64,000 nt of DNA from Squalus acanthias (lineage: Eukaryota), in assembly GCA_030390025.1 (NCBI GenBank), contig CM059432.1:45944001-46008000 (forward strand), given 5' to 3'. The first letter of the stretch is position 1, and each line of letters begins with the position of its first letter. Of the stretch, positions 14,203 to 27,729 are shown one piece after another. The translations under genes were made by a program, and so were the position numbers. Below the pieces are notes generated by a model. The model was not told where the DNA came from, did not search any database, and saw only the letters and a list, made by a program, of their open reading frames with translations.

Positions 14203-15968
14203 ATGGAGAGGGTGAGAGAACGAGCTCAGCGCTTCACCGAGCGGGCCTTGGATGCTCTGGTTGGCGCGGTGGAGCGCAGAAGATGTATACTCTTCCCTGA
14301 GAGTGGCAGGAGGCCTTTGCCACGCGAGTACAGAGAAGTATGGAGGGAGGTGGCTCAGAGCGTCTCCTCCAGGAGCATGGTGCCCAGGACCCATGTTCAA
14401 TGCCGCAAAAAGTTCAACGACCTCACTCGGGTCGTCAGGGTGAGTGGCTTTTTCTCAATACCTCTCCATCCCTCCATCTCAACCTCACTCTATGGCCAGA
14501 GGGTCTTAAAACCCCAATGCACAACACTCATCCAACACCTATGGCCCTTTCATGAAACACACACACACATTCCACACTTTGCATACAGTAAGGGCTATTC
14601 ACCTATGGGAGGCACATCAGGCAAGACCATGGCTGTATATTTACTCAGATGCTGTCCTTTTTCTTGCAGGCCAAGCTGGCGCATAATCGGAGACAGCAGC
14701 AACGGACGGGTGGAGGGCGGCCTCAGCTGCAACCCCTCAGCGATCTTGAGGAGCGCGTCCACAGGATTGTGGCAAGCCGGGTGATCGGTCCCGTCGCCAC
14801 TGGAGACGCCGACCCCGTTCTGGACAGCAATGGTAAGGTCATCACCTTTTTGTCCTCTGTCCTTCCACTTGTCCCTCACAACACCAGCCTTTGACACTTT
14901 CAATCCAACTTGCTAACTCGCTGCACTTATTCCTCCCTTACTGCCACCCTGTCCTCACGCTAAAGCCACTCTTGTACCTCCCTGCTTTCAGATGGTGATT
15001 CACCAGCTGAGGAGACGGGCCCTGAAGCTGCCACTGGGAGTGAAGCTGCAGCCGAGGAGGAAGAGGAAGCCGGAGCATCAGTGCCACCCTCTCCCGAGGA
15101 AGCCCATGCCCACACTGGGAACACGTCTTCCCTGGAGGGGAGCAGGGGGGAAGGGTCTGATGAGGGTGAAGCTCCAGGACCCAGCGGGCTGCAGCAACGC
15201 CATGGGGGTAGGGAAGAACGGGGGCCTTCTCCCCAGAGGGAGAGTAGGCCAGAGACTCCTACTGCAATGGATGCAGAGGAGGAGCGGCTGATCGCAGAAA
15301 TGAACACCCAGGCGGTGGGCATGCACACTGAGCTCATGGGTGCAGTGGGAAGGGTGCCCGAATGCATTGAGTCACTGGCAAGGAGTGTGGAGCACTTCGC
15401 TGTAGCACAGGCGGATGCCACACTAACGCTTAGTGCTGCAATTCAGTCACTGGCTGCCGTGATCCCATCTCCGACTGCTCTCATGCAGACTCAGATTGAG
15501 GCCACGCGAGCACAGACTGCTGCCAACCTCGATGGTTCATTCACATGTCCCCGGGGCTCTCACCGCGCCGCAGCAGGCCAGCAATCTGTTCTCCAGCAGA
15601 TTGCTCCGGATGCTGAAGTGCTGCCCCGTGGGAGTGCCAGTGTGTCGGGCGAGCAGGGAGTTGCTGTCCTCTCTCACGATGACAGCATTCCTGCTGCCAA
15701 CACTGTCACTTCTCCACTGCACTTGCCACCGCCTGTAGGACAGACTGCTGCCGCCCATGCAGAGTTGGTGCAGTCTGCAGCCGGGTCCTCCAGGCCCAGA
15801 ACTGGTCGAGGCCATCCTTCAGGGGCATCTGCAGTGTCAGGGTCTGATGATCAGCAGCCTTCCACCAGCCTTGCTGCAGCCACTGAGGTCCCATTATGGA
15901 GGAGCAGTAGGGTTAGAAGGGGGGAAGTGCGCAAGGGAAGGAGATCACCCTCGAAGGGCAAAAAGTAG
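14203..15968 (+). CDS. Harbinger Myb/SANT-like DNA-binding protein, 3 exons (14203-14439, 14670-14832, 14992-15968), ~458 aa
   Basis: RFTERALDALVGAVE...WREVAQSVS...RTHVQCRKKFNDL. GT-AG introns in phases 0 and 1 give one continuous open frame. Confidence 0.8.
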
Positions 15969-16279
15969 GAGGTGTGACAAAATGCTGGTCATTTTTTTAT
16001 TAAAGGCCGAGGTTCATGGTCCAACTTTTGTTTAGTGTTTTGGACATTATCTCCAGGTTGTGAGAACCAGTTATGTTATTGACTGTTTTTTTGTGTTTAT
16101 TTCTATGAGTTTGTCATGAGGAATTGACACACACAGAGTTTGTAAAATAAATAAGTTTCTGTATTCAAAATATACATGGTTGGTGTTTGGAATTATTGGT
16201 GCCTTGGCCGGCTTAGGGGTTGCGTGCTGGGTTCATTGATGTTGTTAGCAATGGCAGAAGCCATTTCCACAGCAGGGGC

Positions 16280-17215
16280 CTAGAAGCGGCTTGCTATCAG
16301 CCGTTGACGGACGGCCCTTGCAGTTTCACCATTGTGGGCCGCCCTCCCGCCTTGGTGCTGCTGATGATCATCCTCCTCGTCCTCTTCCTCCTCTTCCTCC
16401 TTCTCCTCTGGTGGTGCTCCAAGGCCTGGTGGCATTGGCTGGGTCCTGACGATTGCCATGTTATGCAACATGCAGTACACAACTACGAAGTTGGATACTC
16501 GTTCAGGCGAGTACTGCAGGGCTCCTCCAGAATGGTCGAGACAGCGGAACCGTTGCTTCAGCACGCCGATTGTGCGCTCAATGATGTTCCTGGTAGCTTG
16601 ATGGCTCTCATTGTACCGCAGCTCAGCAGGGGTGTTGGGCGTACGGAGCGGTGTCAGCAGCCAGGTGCTCAATGGATACCCCTTGTCCCCGAGAAGCCAA
16701 CCAACTGGCTGATGCGGTGCCTCGAAAAGTTCTGCCACAGTAGTCTGGCGCAGGATGAAAGCATCGTGGCAGCTGCCAGGATAGTGGGCATTGACAGCGA
16801 GTATCAGCTGTCTGTGGTCACAGACCAACTGAACATTCAAGGAATGGAACCCCTTTCTGTTCCGGAAATCCTCGGCATTCTCATGTGGAGCACGCAAAGC
16901 CACATGCGTGCAGTCAATGGCGCCCTGCACCATGGGGAAGCCCGCTACCCTCGCAAAGCCCAGAGCGCGGTCACGCTGCTTGTCTGGGGTCATGGGGAAA
17001 GAGATGAACTCTCATCTCCTTTTAAAGAGGGCATTTGTGACCTGCCGGATGCAGCTATGCACCGCGAACTGGGAGATATTGGCGAGGTTCCCAGCAGCAG
17101 CTTGAAATGAGCCAGTAGCATCTGGAGCAGGACGACGCCCCCAATCAGTGCAGCCCCCATAGTCTCTTTGCAAGCAAAGTAATGAAGGACAGCAACCAAA
17201 GTACTAGCGAAGTTA
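16280..17215 (-). pseudogene. Harbinger (HARBI1-like) DDE transposase; catalytic half open, N-terminus disrupted
   Basis: [59 protein letters not shown]. There is an in-frame TGA just upstream of 16993 and the 5' part is degraded. Confidence 0.9.
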
Positions 17216-20200
17216 GGATCAGTAGGCAAAACTACCTCACAAAGCGTTGACTCAATGCAGAAGTCTCTCTTTCTCTCTCTCCGAATCTCTCTCTCTCTCT
17301 CAGAACGAGTGGTGCAAAAATGTCAACCACAGAAAAAGACAGGAAGAGGCCCCCTTTAAATAGCGCCCCCCCCAGCCCCACAGCGATTGATAGCGTTCCA
17401 GTCTTCCGGTCGTTGGATGCGCCAGGCGGTAAGGCAGGGGGCGCCACTCAATTTCCGCTCCGGGGCGCCACAAGGGCGTTGCACCATGGAATGACGTCAC
17501 AATCTGTGCGCGCAGGTGGTCGCAGCGGTAAAGTTTAGCGCCGCCGCACAATGTCTAGTTAAGTTCCCGAGCGGCGCAAACATCGCTGCGCCCGGGCGTT
17601 AGTGGCTTTGCGCCCCATTAGCGCCCTCTTAAGGCGCTAACGGGAGGCGCAACCAACTGAATTTTTACCCCTTTGTGTTCTTGGACAGATTTGTGTGCAC
17701 CTTTGGAAGTGGCTTAGTGAGTTGCAGTGAATGGTGAGACATAACGTCCCCCCCCCCGCCCCCCCATCCCCAATGGTGATGAGTGTGAAAGGAATGGCTT
17801 GGACATTGTAGGGATGCTTTATGGTGCTGGTGTGGGGTGGTGCCATCTTGGTGCATCATGTGGCAGCCAGGGTGTACAGTGTTAAATGAAGCAAATCTGG
17901 ACATTGTGAAGCCATCGCTGGCATCCCGGGCAGCAATGTGCATGGGTGATTATGCCCTGTGTCCAGTGCAGCATCAGTTGATTGCGGAGATTGTTGGTGT
18001 GGATGTAGGTGCTGCTGGTGTGCCTGGTACTGCTGGTTTTGGGGTTGATCATGTTGGGATTCTGAGGACCAAGGTGAGATTTTTTCAAGGGCACCGATGC
18101 TGATGGAGTAGATGGCAGGTGAGGTTGAGATGACAGGAGTAATCTGTCAGTGTTCAGAGAGGTTGTTCCAAGGAGGTGACAGTGGATAGAGAGATTACTC
18201 CAAACACTTCAAAAGTGCATAAAGCTCAAAAGTGGGTTCCAAATCATTAATGCTCCAGCTTCTGACGTTGGAAAATGACCAGCTGTAAAAAGGTAGCTTT
18301 TAGACCACTTTTGCAGCTGTCACCTATCCAAAGAAATGGAGATAAAAACAGAAAATGCTGGAGACACTCAGCAGGTCAGGCAAATGGAGAGTTGTTCAGA
18401 ACCAGTGTTGCAACAGCAGTATGGTAGATGTGAAAGGGGTTGTGAGAAATGGAGAGTTGTTCAGAACCCGACATACTCACCTGGCGTGATCCCCGAGTGA
18501 CGGGAACCTCATGGAAAACTTGGGAAAATGCTTTGTGCCTGGTAAAATGGTGATTAAACTGCTTTGAACATCCTCTGAACGAGCACAATTGCCTGACCCG
18601 CCGCTTAGTGCCAGGTCTACAAAGCGCAGGCAGAGCCGGCACTAGGGAAACTCACAAGGAGGCGGGTTTAGAGCGAGATACCGCCCCACTGTCAATCTTT
18701 TTGATTTTGACCGCGGACCCGCCTCTGAACCCACCCTCTGAGCGCCGGCAAAATTCAGCCCATAATTCCAGAAGTAATTGTGATCGAAGTTAACCTGAGA
18801 ATTTTGGAGGATACAAGTCCAAAGGTTACAGAAATTAGAAGAGGAATGAGGATACTGTAATAGCCTGAAGATATATTGCAAGGTGTGGCATTTAAAGATT
18901 TGAACCCTGCAACACATATTGTCCTTGGGAAGATGAGCACAGAGGATCATCACATTTTGTGTATGTCAGAAAATTTATTTATTACTGTTAGCTTTTAGTA
19001 ACTATGGTAACATGCCTCTGAAAGAAGCCAGACTGTTGAAGTCTGGAGTCAGAAAGAATCTGGCAACTTGAGAGGTAAGAGCTGTAAGCCTATTCTGAGG
19101 GCTTTCAGTTACCGAGAGAGAACTGTAATGTATCCAGTTGTTCTGTTTTAAGCCTGAAGAAATAAATGTGCTGATCTGATTTTAAGCTACTGTTTTATTT
19201 CACAAATCAAATAACTATTTTAAACATGTATTAAAGTGCTGGTAGTGCATAAACGTAATCAAAATTATAAACAGATGGCAAATATTAATGGGAAAATACA
19301 GCACAAATGGATTACAGGAGTCACAAGTCATAATTACCTGCAACAATTTTACTCTGTACCCCTTTCACATCTACCATACTGCTGTTGCAACACTGCAACT
19401 ATAGAATGTGAATATCTTAGTTTCCCAGAGGCCATCGCAGCATTATAAAATTACCGAATTAAAAGTTATTTTATTTGCCTAAGTATTCCCAGATAAGGGA
19501 GGGAAAATGTCATCCAAGGTTTCCACCCTGGCATCCTAGTGGATTGTAAACATATATGGACCCTCAGTGAGGAGAAGGTCAGATTTGGCTGTGGTGCCTT
19601 CCCAACACTTACTACCTAGGTGCTGGCTGATGCTGGTGTTGATCATGGAACTGTACCCCAAGACAGGAAAAAGACATTAAACAATTTAATATCACAAGCA
19701 AATTGGTTTTAAGCAAAATGATATCCTTTTCCAATGTTGCAAATTTATACATTTGTTATCTACTGTGATTGTATTAAGAAAGATTACTATTTGTAATTTG
19801 CAACAGTAGTTTGACACTGAGTTAGAATGATTTTGAACAGGTATTGTCTTGATAATTCAAGAAAGGATGAAATCTCAAACTACTCTGGTATATAAAATGA
19901 GATGAACGCTTTACAATATATCTGGTTTACCTAACATTATGCAGAAGATACAAGAAAGTCAACGGGATCTGTATCACATGATGAACTGATCTGATAACTC
20001 ACAAGCAAGCATGATAGTGAAATTAAGTCTGCATTCTGCTTTTACCTGGTAACATTTTTCTCCTTTTCTAATTGCTTTTCACATTTCACACTGGAGCCAC
20101 TTTCTTGCATATATCCACCTCCCCATCCTGCTCACAGCTTGATGCTTCTCCCTATCAGGATGCACAATATATAAAGCTGCAACAAGAGCCACACACTAAC

Positions 20201-21156
20201 TCACTCCTAAGCTGATCTATAATGTGAAGGCAGATGACCAATCGGCTGGAAGAGGGACAGCCTCATTCCAGGCCCTCATCCAGATGGAGGAAGAAGCCAT
20301 TCAGATAATTGGAGCGGCAGCTTGCGGAGCATCGACAATGGTGAGGTTGGAGGCCATGCTCAGCAGGGTGTCTGCCTATATTAATCTTACCTTTTCTCTT
20401 TCCTCAAGCAATCACAGGCAGCATGGCAATCTGGTGTTGTATAGCACTGCTAATCATCTGTTAATGACTAATCTTTCCATGCCATGCTGCTCCTTCTCCC
20501 TTTAGCTAGGTCTATTCCCTACAGCCATTTCCTATTGGCTGCTGGCATTCATGGGGAACATTATAAATTGGTCGGCCTTGGCAAAGGGAGCATCAGTAAC
20601 CTGCATGAAGCAGGCATGGACTGCAGATTGACTAATACAAGTGATTTCACCTTCTACAGCCTGTAAAGTGCCCAAAGCAAAAACATATTGAGGGCCATAG
20701 TTACATTTACTGCCACAGACAATGCATGGCCAACTAAGAGAGTGGGTTTCAGTCTTGTTGTAAAAGGCTGCACATATCTGTGGCAGCATCTCTGGAGAAG
20801 GGAGGCCTACTATCGCACCTCTCCTCAGAAATATGGAGGTAGGTGACTCTGCTCCATAGACCTATAGTTAGTGCAAGGATGTCTACGAGCAACCCTTCTC
20901 CGTTGTGTTCTCCTTACAGCCCTAATTGCAACAGCCTGAGATTCCCTGGCCTGATGCTGTTCTCAGCTTCCTCCTCTCCCTCATGCTCTATCAGCCAGAG
21001 TTGATGGCCAGGATGACTCCCATGTTGAGCACAGGGCGGTATGTGCAGCACCGCAAATTTCACAGTGTTACCTCCCCATTTCCACCTGGAAATTTAAAAT
21101 TAGTCCCTGTGTGTTTTGATTTTAGGGCTACAAAATGATCTTAAGTATTACAGTCT

Positions 21157-22512
21157 GGCCGTGAAATTGGAGCCTTTAGCGCCGGCCATGAAGGCTGGTT
21201 TGGAAGAAAAAATGGCAACTGCCTCGCTTCCGACTACCATTTTGGGCAGGTCGGCAGCACTGCCGTTGCCTGCACTTGCTGCAGATATTTCGATGAGGCA
21301 GATCGTGACATCAATGAGTGCGCAATGCTGATTTGACGCACGATCTGCCATTTTGGACGTCGCAGCTCCATTTAATGCCCTCTCCTAATCACGACCAGCT
21401 GACCATGCATTCAGCAGCAGGAAGGACCCCCCAGCAGTGCTACTTAAAGGGATCATCAAGAAATTGCAGCTGACTTGCTTTTTCATTTCTACTGGCTCTG
21501 TGTAATTTGTGGAACTGTTTGGAGGCATCTAGAGTTGTTCAAAGTTGCTGAGGTGACAGGGAGTGTTGCTGCAAGTGGAGAACGCCTTGCCTCTCATTTA
21601 AAGGGTATGAGCATACCATCATCATCAGCAATGCTTTCAACTTTCCTGCTCGCCACAGACTCTGTGAGTGCCCCTCCAATTATGTCCAGGGCTGCTTCCT
21701 CCTGCTCTGACAGGTTCTGAAGTCTGGCTTCCCCTCCACCTGTCTGCTGCTACTCCCAGCGGTTGTGAGCCACTTTTGCCTGCAAGAGAAAGGGAAGTGT
21801 GTTAGAGTGTGGTGCAATGTGTTTGGGTGATGTGCCTGCCATGGTTAAACAGCCAAAAGTGTGTGCAAGGTGTGAGATGTGGGTGTGAGTCTTGCAGCAG
21901 TGGTAAGTGTGTGAGGGTGAAGTGAAGCTCTGATTGTGAGGTATGAGTGGTGATTGCTCGAGATTGTTGGTCGGTGAGTGATGGGATGTAGTGCATTGAG
22001 CAGTGTGTGAGGCTTGTGGTACAGATGGTGGGATATGACATTTGATGATGCATTCACTCACCTGGGCCACTCGTGTGAGGTCATTAAACTTTTTGTGGCA
22101 CTAGATCCAGGTCCTGGGGACAACACTTGTCGCAGTGACGGCTTGAGCAAGCTGCTCCCACAGCTTTCTGGTGTTCAGCCTTGAAGTCCTCCTGCCCCCC
22201 TGCAGGCAGAGGACCTCACGGTGACTTTGTACCTCTTAAACCAAGGCCTCCAGTGCCACATCCAAAAATCTCCCTGCCCTTTCCCTTGGTTGATGGACCA
22301 TGGCCTAGGCCAAATTTATTGGCCAGTAGACTGCGCCCGATATTGGTCCCCCTGTTCAGCTCTAAGCCAATCAGCAGCACAATTAGCGCTGAGATCAGCG
22401 CTGCATTCATTATAATGAGCAGGCAGCACGAATTCTGGGTGCTGCCTGCACAATTTTGAACGTGCTGCGCGACGCCCCCACCCGTTTTTGGGCCTTGTCC
22501 AATTTCTAGGCC
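21157..22512 (-). mobile_element. Harbinger-derived non-autonomous element with Myb/SANT remnant
   Basis: TIRs GGCCGTGAAATTGG / CCAATTTCTAGGCC and TSD TCT. The minus strand reads WEQLAQAVTATSVVPRTWI*CHKKFNDLTRV at ~22060-22165. Confidence 0.75.
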
Positions 22513-25499
22513 TCTATGTTTTACTATAGCTCCATCATCGAATGTACTTTTGAAATGAGTTGAGTTGTTTTACCTACGCATCAATCATCTAAATCAATGC
22601 ATTCTCTAAATATTAACTTTCGGGAGTCAGCATGGAACAGGTAACTTCAAATGCATCCAACTTTCATAATTTGTCATTTAATGTAACACATTCATTCATT
22701 TGGAATGAAGTATTAAAGATATATTTTAGTTTGTGTGTCCCACAATTAATGAGCTGGATTAGACACAATGCTTGCTGGAAGTGGTGTTAAATGTGGAACT
22801 TCTTAGCTGTCAGAAGATGGTTTAATTAGCATAATACTGCCAGGCGCTGTTGTGCTCCCTTTAGAGGGCAAATCTGATGACTTTTTTGTGTTTCTGTCAG
22901 AGATAGGTATAGGGTTAATTGGCAAAATCCTCCTATCACTAAGAAAATGATCATTCCTATGGGGTGGTTAATAGGCCATCAAATAAGTCCACCAAGGCAG
23001 GGCGTGGGTGTTGAAATTTTCTCTAACTCAGCAGTATAGTTTTTTGCATTATATTGCAGGGCACACATTTATAATTGAGACCATTGCAAAGCAATAAAAA
23101 TATGGGATGTGAAGAATGCAGCTGAACTTTTTCCTCCTGCTTTGACGTCACACAGGCCTACACACTTTAGAAATATTAAAGTTATTTTTGTAGAAGCAAT
23201 ATCCTGAAATTTCAGTTTGCAGAACAGTCTGAGATCAGCGTTCTGGAGGCAGTGGAAATGATGTCAGAAGGGCGGGAACATTTAATTGACATGTGATTGC
23301 TGTGGGTTAAATAAGATATACATGAAGTCAGTCAGATAAGAGTGTAGGGGCAGGGTCAATGGATAATTGTTCAAACTAATATTTAAGCAATAAATGGATG
23401 TGTGGGAGTACAACAGCTTGGAATGAAAGATTGGTAGCATGATTGAAGGATAAGATCTAAGGTTATGTTTTTCAATTAAACTGCTGCCAGCTATAACCTA
23501 CTTTTTGACTGGAAGTCTATCGTTGTGATTCAATTGTACTGTTTTTCATGTTCAATTTTTAATTTATATTTTCCTTGTTGTTTTCAGGTGGGATCAGTGG
23601 TAGTTCAGTGAAGTAAATCAATAATGTAAAATAGTCATTTATATCAATACTACCCGTAGATGTGGTTTTATTTTTAATATTATAAGCTCTGAGAAAAAAT
23701 ACACAATTTACTAATAACATTAATAAAATAATCGCATCCTGTTTCCATCTTTCTCCTTCCAGGGTGCACTGTACAACAACCAGGGAGGGGAGGAGCTTAA
23801 TGCTTAGCGAGTATTCATCAATCTTAAACTTGAGGATAACTTTGTGACCAATCAGAAATCACAAATGGAGTCAACTTTTAACTAAAATTTGCTTAACTGT
23901 TTTGTTGTACCTTTTTTGTGCATCATGAAGCTGAGCAGCAAACCATCGAGCTTCAGCTCCCTCAGTCTCTACGTAGCTGGGGAATGATATGAAATCGAGC
24001 CTCCAATGAGGATGCAGTCACCATGCATGCGCACATTTTTAACATCCATTTTCTAATCCAAAGAACAAGAATTAGCAAAGGCTATGTTCTGAAAGAAATT
24101 TTCCAGGATCGGGCTTTAAATAGTCTTATCAGGCATTTTATTAAAAGGAATTTGATGAGACCCTTTTTCTTCTGCTCTTCACTATTTAATTCCTTTCTGT
24201 GCACCATGGTCTGTTCCAGCAGCTGAGAGAGTGGATGGATTGACTGCATGCTCTTCCAGAATCCCTGATACTGCCGTGGCTCAGCTCACAGCAGACACAC
24301 TTTCCTGAGGCTAAACAGATTGTCAGTTTTTCACCAGAAGCTGGGGTGCTTCACCTGGCAGCTCATATGAAGATTAAAACTATGGTCATGTGTATTGACG
24401 GATGAGTTTGCATGCAAGACCTCCTCTGGGTCTCGATCTATTGACCACATTGATAGCATGTTCATTATCATACAACTGAAAGGAGTTTCTCAATAAAAAT
24501 CCCTAAAACACCCAGCAATAGTGGTGTTTTACAATCTAGCCATATTGGCGATAGACATCTTTGCTTCTCATTGTAATCAGCAATGCAAAACACAACATTT
24601 CCACTGTCGAGCACATTGTAATTATATAATAAACTTGCCCTTATCCTTGAATATCCTATTTAACTAAAACACTAATTATTCCATTTGATATAAAATATTC
24701 CCTGAATAAAATCACAGCTTAACTCTTTTCTTCACCTTTTTAAATGTTTCACCAGAAATAACAATCCAGGTTCCCAATGAGCAAGATTACTGATCTCACT
24801 GAACTACACGACTAAAATTTAACATGTGTAAAATTGAAACACATGTAAAACAGCAATTACCTGTTAGCAGCAGTGTAGGGCATTCATTTAAATAGAGAAT
24901 AATGGATACTTGGCAGTGATTACAAAGCAGTAATCTCACCCAAGGGTTCAGATGATGTCATAAACCACAAGAGAATACATGCAGACTAACAAATGTCACT
25001 GCTAATTGGAAAATGGGTGAGTGCAACATTTTTTGACAGTGTCACTTTCTTTAGGTTGTGTGCTATTGTCTACTGTGAAGTACAAATAAATGCGTCAAAA
25101 AAGGCTAGAATGAGTCATTTGGTCCTTCTTTTCTGAGAAAAAAAGTCTAAAGTAAAAAAAAATTGTATTATCTTTCCATTTGATCCATGTTTTGAGTTAT
25201 TACAAACTGCATCAGATTTCCTGTGGGCTTGAGGAAAGTTATCTATTTGTCCAACAAAAAGCTGTATGCTTCAGTAATTTTAAGGGTTGTTAACATTAAT
25301 CAGATGCTCACTTGATACTTTTAAAATGCAAATGGATAGATTTTCAATTTACCGACTGGTGATGTGGATTGGCCGCCGGTTATAGAAGCTGCGCGAATCA
25401 TTTCTATTGATTTCTCTTTCACAATGTGGATTCACACATATTTTCTATTTGTTCTTGCGACGTGGGCGTCGCTGGCAAAGCAGCATTTATTGCCCATCC

Positions 25500-26185
25500 T
25501 GTAAGACTTTTGAATCCACCCTTGTCCTTTAATCCGTCCAAAAGTTTCCAAAGTTGAGACCCGTCGAACAGACAACACAAAACACAAGGATTCGAGAATA
25601 ACTTTCTTTTTACTTAAAATCAGCAAGAGGCTACAAGTAAGCTTGCACAAAACTGTTGCATATAATACTCCCGATTAGATCTAAGCATACACAGGTTTTT
25701 TCCCTTACATTAAGATCAAGCGATTACAAGCCAACACTACATACGTACTAACACCAGCGAGTGGTCAGTTCGGCGATGGCTAGATGTACGACTTTAACTG
25801 GCAACTGACCAAGTTGCCTCCGACTGCAGCAGCCCCGAGTGTCTTGAAACAGCATCTATTATACCCTAAAAACCTGGGCAGGCTCATCAATGCGTATGTG
25901 TCCCAAACTGTGTGACAAATGGTCTGCAGTTGTTTTCTTCTTCTAATCAGTGGGCCCCAAGGCCCTTCGCACCAGTTGCCTGAAGATGTTCCTGTCTTTG
26001 TAATGCCAACCATTTGTTCCTGCTCAGGGTCTGTCGCTTCCTTATCTGAGTAACAGCTTTTGTACAATGTTCCCACAGGAACCAACCTCTCAACCTCCCA
26101 TAAGCATGCTGGGATATTAAATTTGGTCAACTTTAAGTTTGGTCAAGTAAAAGCAAATTCTTACAGCAAATGGCTTATTCTTACA
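25500..26185 (-). repeat. 3' LTR of outer ERV (686 bp)
   Basis: Direct repeat of 49254-49939, preceded on the minus strand by purine-rich GAGGGTGGAC. Confidence 0.92.
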
Positions 26186-26840
26186 GTCCACCCTCAAGTG
26201 GCTGTGCACCCGAATCTTCGGGCCACAGGCATTTACAGTTTGTAGGCATTGTCTTCTTCCCTTGGCGTCTTCTCAACAATTTGATCCACTCTCGTTGCTT
26301 GCGTCGCCTGTTAACATGGCAGGTTAGTGTCAATAGATATAACACAATCACCAATTAAATCATGACCAAAACATGGGAAATAATCCTTATCCAAGGATGA
26401 ATCTCGATATTCGTAGCAATATCCCACCAGGACAAATCGTCCCCTTCTTTAGATATTTTTACACGCAGTTCACGTTTTTTCTGGGATAGGGTACAATAGT
26501 GCTTTTGGGACTGACTAACGCGCCTCATTAACTCTAGCAAGTGTTCTGGCAGAGGTGGAATGTCATAGCCGAACTGAGTTACATACTGGTGTAATTGATC
26601 CCTTACCTCATCTTTTACATCAATATCTACTTGCCTATGTGAATAAATACTTAACAAAACCCGTGCCCCAAGTCTTACAGGTTGGACTGGGGTTATACAA
26701 AAGGTTCCTGCCGCAATAGGACAAGTCAGGTTGTTACCGTACTGATACTCCCGTTGCATTATAGTGACACAATATTCACCCTTCTCTCGGTACGCAGATC
26801 GTACAGGGAAATGCTGTCCCGCCATCACTTTCATATTGCA

Positions 26841-27729
26841 AAAATGAGAAGTCGCACAACACCAGGTTATAGTCCAACAGATTTATTTAATTTTACAAGC
26901 TTTCGGAGCAGTTCGCTCCTTCGTCAGGTAAGTTAGCAGTGAGAGAATCTCCCAGAATTCACAATTTAAACACAGGCAAAATATATTCAAATCTTTCCCT
27001 ACATCAAAGAGCACAGCCAAGACAATGAGATGTGTCCCAGGGGGTCCAACGTGTCAAACCACCTGCTGGCTGCATATCCTGTCAATCTGTGTAGGTTCTT
27101 GTGTTAGTCTTTTTAAAAAAAAACACCTGGGAAGACCGGCCATGATGTCAAGTCACGTTCTGTATCGTGACATGAACCCGATATCGCGATTGAGGCCATC
27201 CTCATGAGTGCGTAACTTGGCTATCAGTTTCTGCTCTATGATTTTGCACTGTCGTGTATCTCGAAGGCGAGATACACGACAGCGCAAAATCATAGAGCAG
27301 AAACTGATAGCCAAGTTCCGCACTCATGAGGATGGCCTCAATCGCGATATCGGGTTCATGTCACGATACAGAACGTGACTTGACATCATGGCCGGTCTTC
27401 CCAGGTGTTTTTTTTTAAAAAGACTAACACAAGAACCTACACAGATTGACAGGATATGCAGCCAGCAGGTGGTTTGACACGTTGGACCCCCTGGGACACA
27501 TCTCATTGTCTTGGCTGTGCTCTTTGATGTAGGGAAAGATTTGAATATATTTTGTCTGTGTTTAAATTGTGAATTCTGGGAGATTCTCTCACTGCTAACT
27601 TACCTGACGAAGGAGCGAACTGCTCCGAAAGCTTGTAAAATTAAATAAATCTGTTGGACTATAACCTGGTGTTGTGCGACTTCTCATTTTTGTCCACCCC
27701 AGTCCAACGCCGGCATCTCCACATCATGA
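26841..27729 (+). mobile_element. Penelope-like element, truncated, as a near-perfect inverted repeat
   Basis: 12-bp TSD TTTCATATTGCA. Arms 26839-27263 and 27268-27692. Encodes the GIY-YIG C-terminus RKIIEQKLIAKFRTHEDGLNRDIGFMSRY and carries a hammerhead motif. Confidence 0.85.
27600..27638 (+). ncRNA. Minimal type I hammerhead ribozyme (PLE pLTR); mirror copy on minus strand at ~26893-26931
   Basis: TTAC-CTGACGA-A-GGAGC(GAACT)GCTCC-GAA-AGCT-T-GTAA: conserved core, stem II, palindromic stem III and stem I (TTAC/GTAA). Confidence 0.75.

Larger units (their letters stand above)
13844..17671. mobile_element. PIF/Harbinger DNA transposon (convergent Myb/SANT gene and transposase)
   Basis: TIRs GGGG(G)AAAATT...AATTTTTACCCC, 3-bp TSD TTT, GCGC-rich subterminal repeats, and the two-gene layout typical of Harbinger. 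Confidence 0.9.
13012..18761. mobile_element. Older Harbinger-derived non-autonomous element, interrupted by the younger Harbinger at 13844-17671
   Basis: Imperfect TIRs GGCCGTGATTT / AAATTCAGCCC with ATA on both flanks. Degenerate Myb/SANT at 13290-13530 (WLHIAQEV...RTRLQWCKPFN). Confidence 0.6.

Noticed and set aside
16220..17110. 296-aa plus-strand ORF
   Set aside because: Antisense shadow of the Harbinger transposase.
22520..25430. Repeat-poor stretch with splice-acceptor-like and CCAAT motifs; possible host exons or conserved non-coding elements
   Set aside because: No convincing ORF or exon chain. It would need cross-species alignment or RNA-seq.
27025..27506. Two identical 60-aa ORFs on opposite strands
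   Set aside because: Consequence of the palindrome; they are antisense to the Penelope GIY-YIG remnant.
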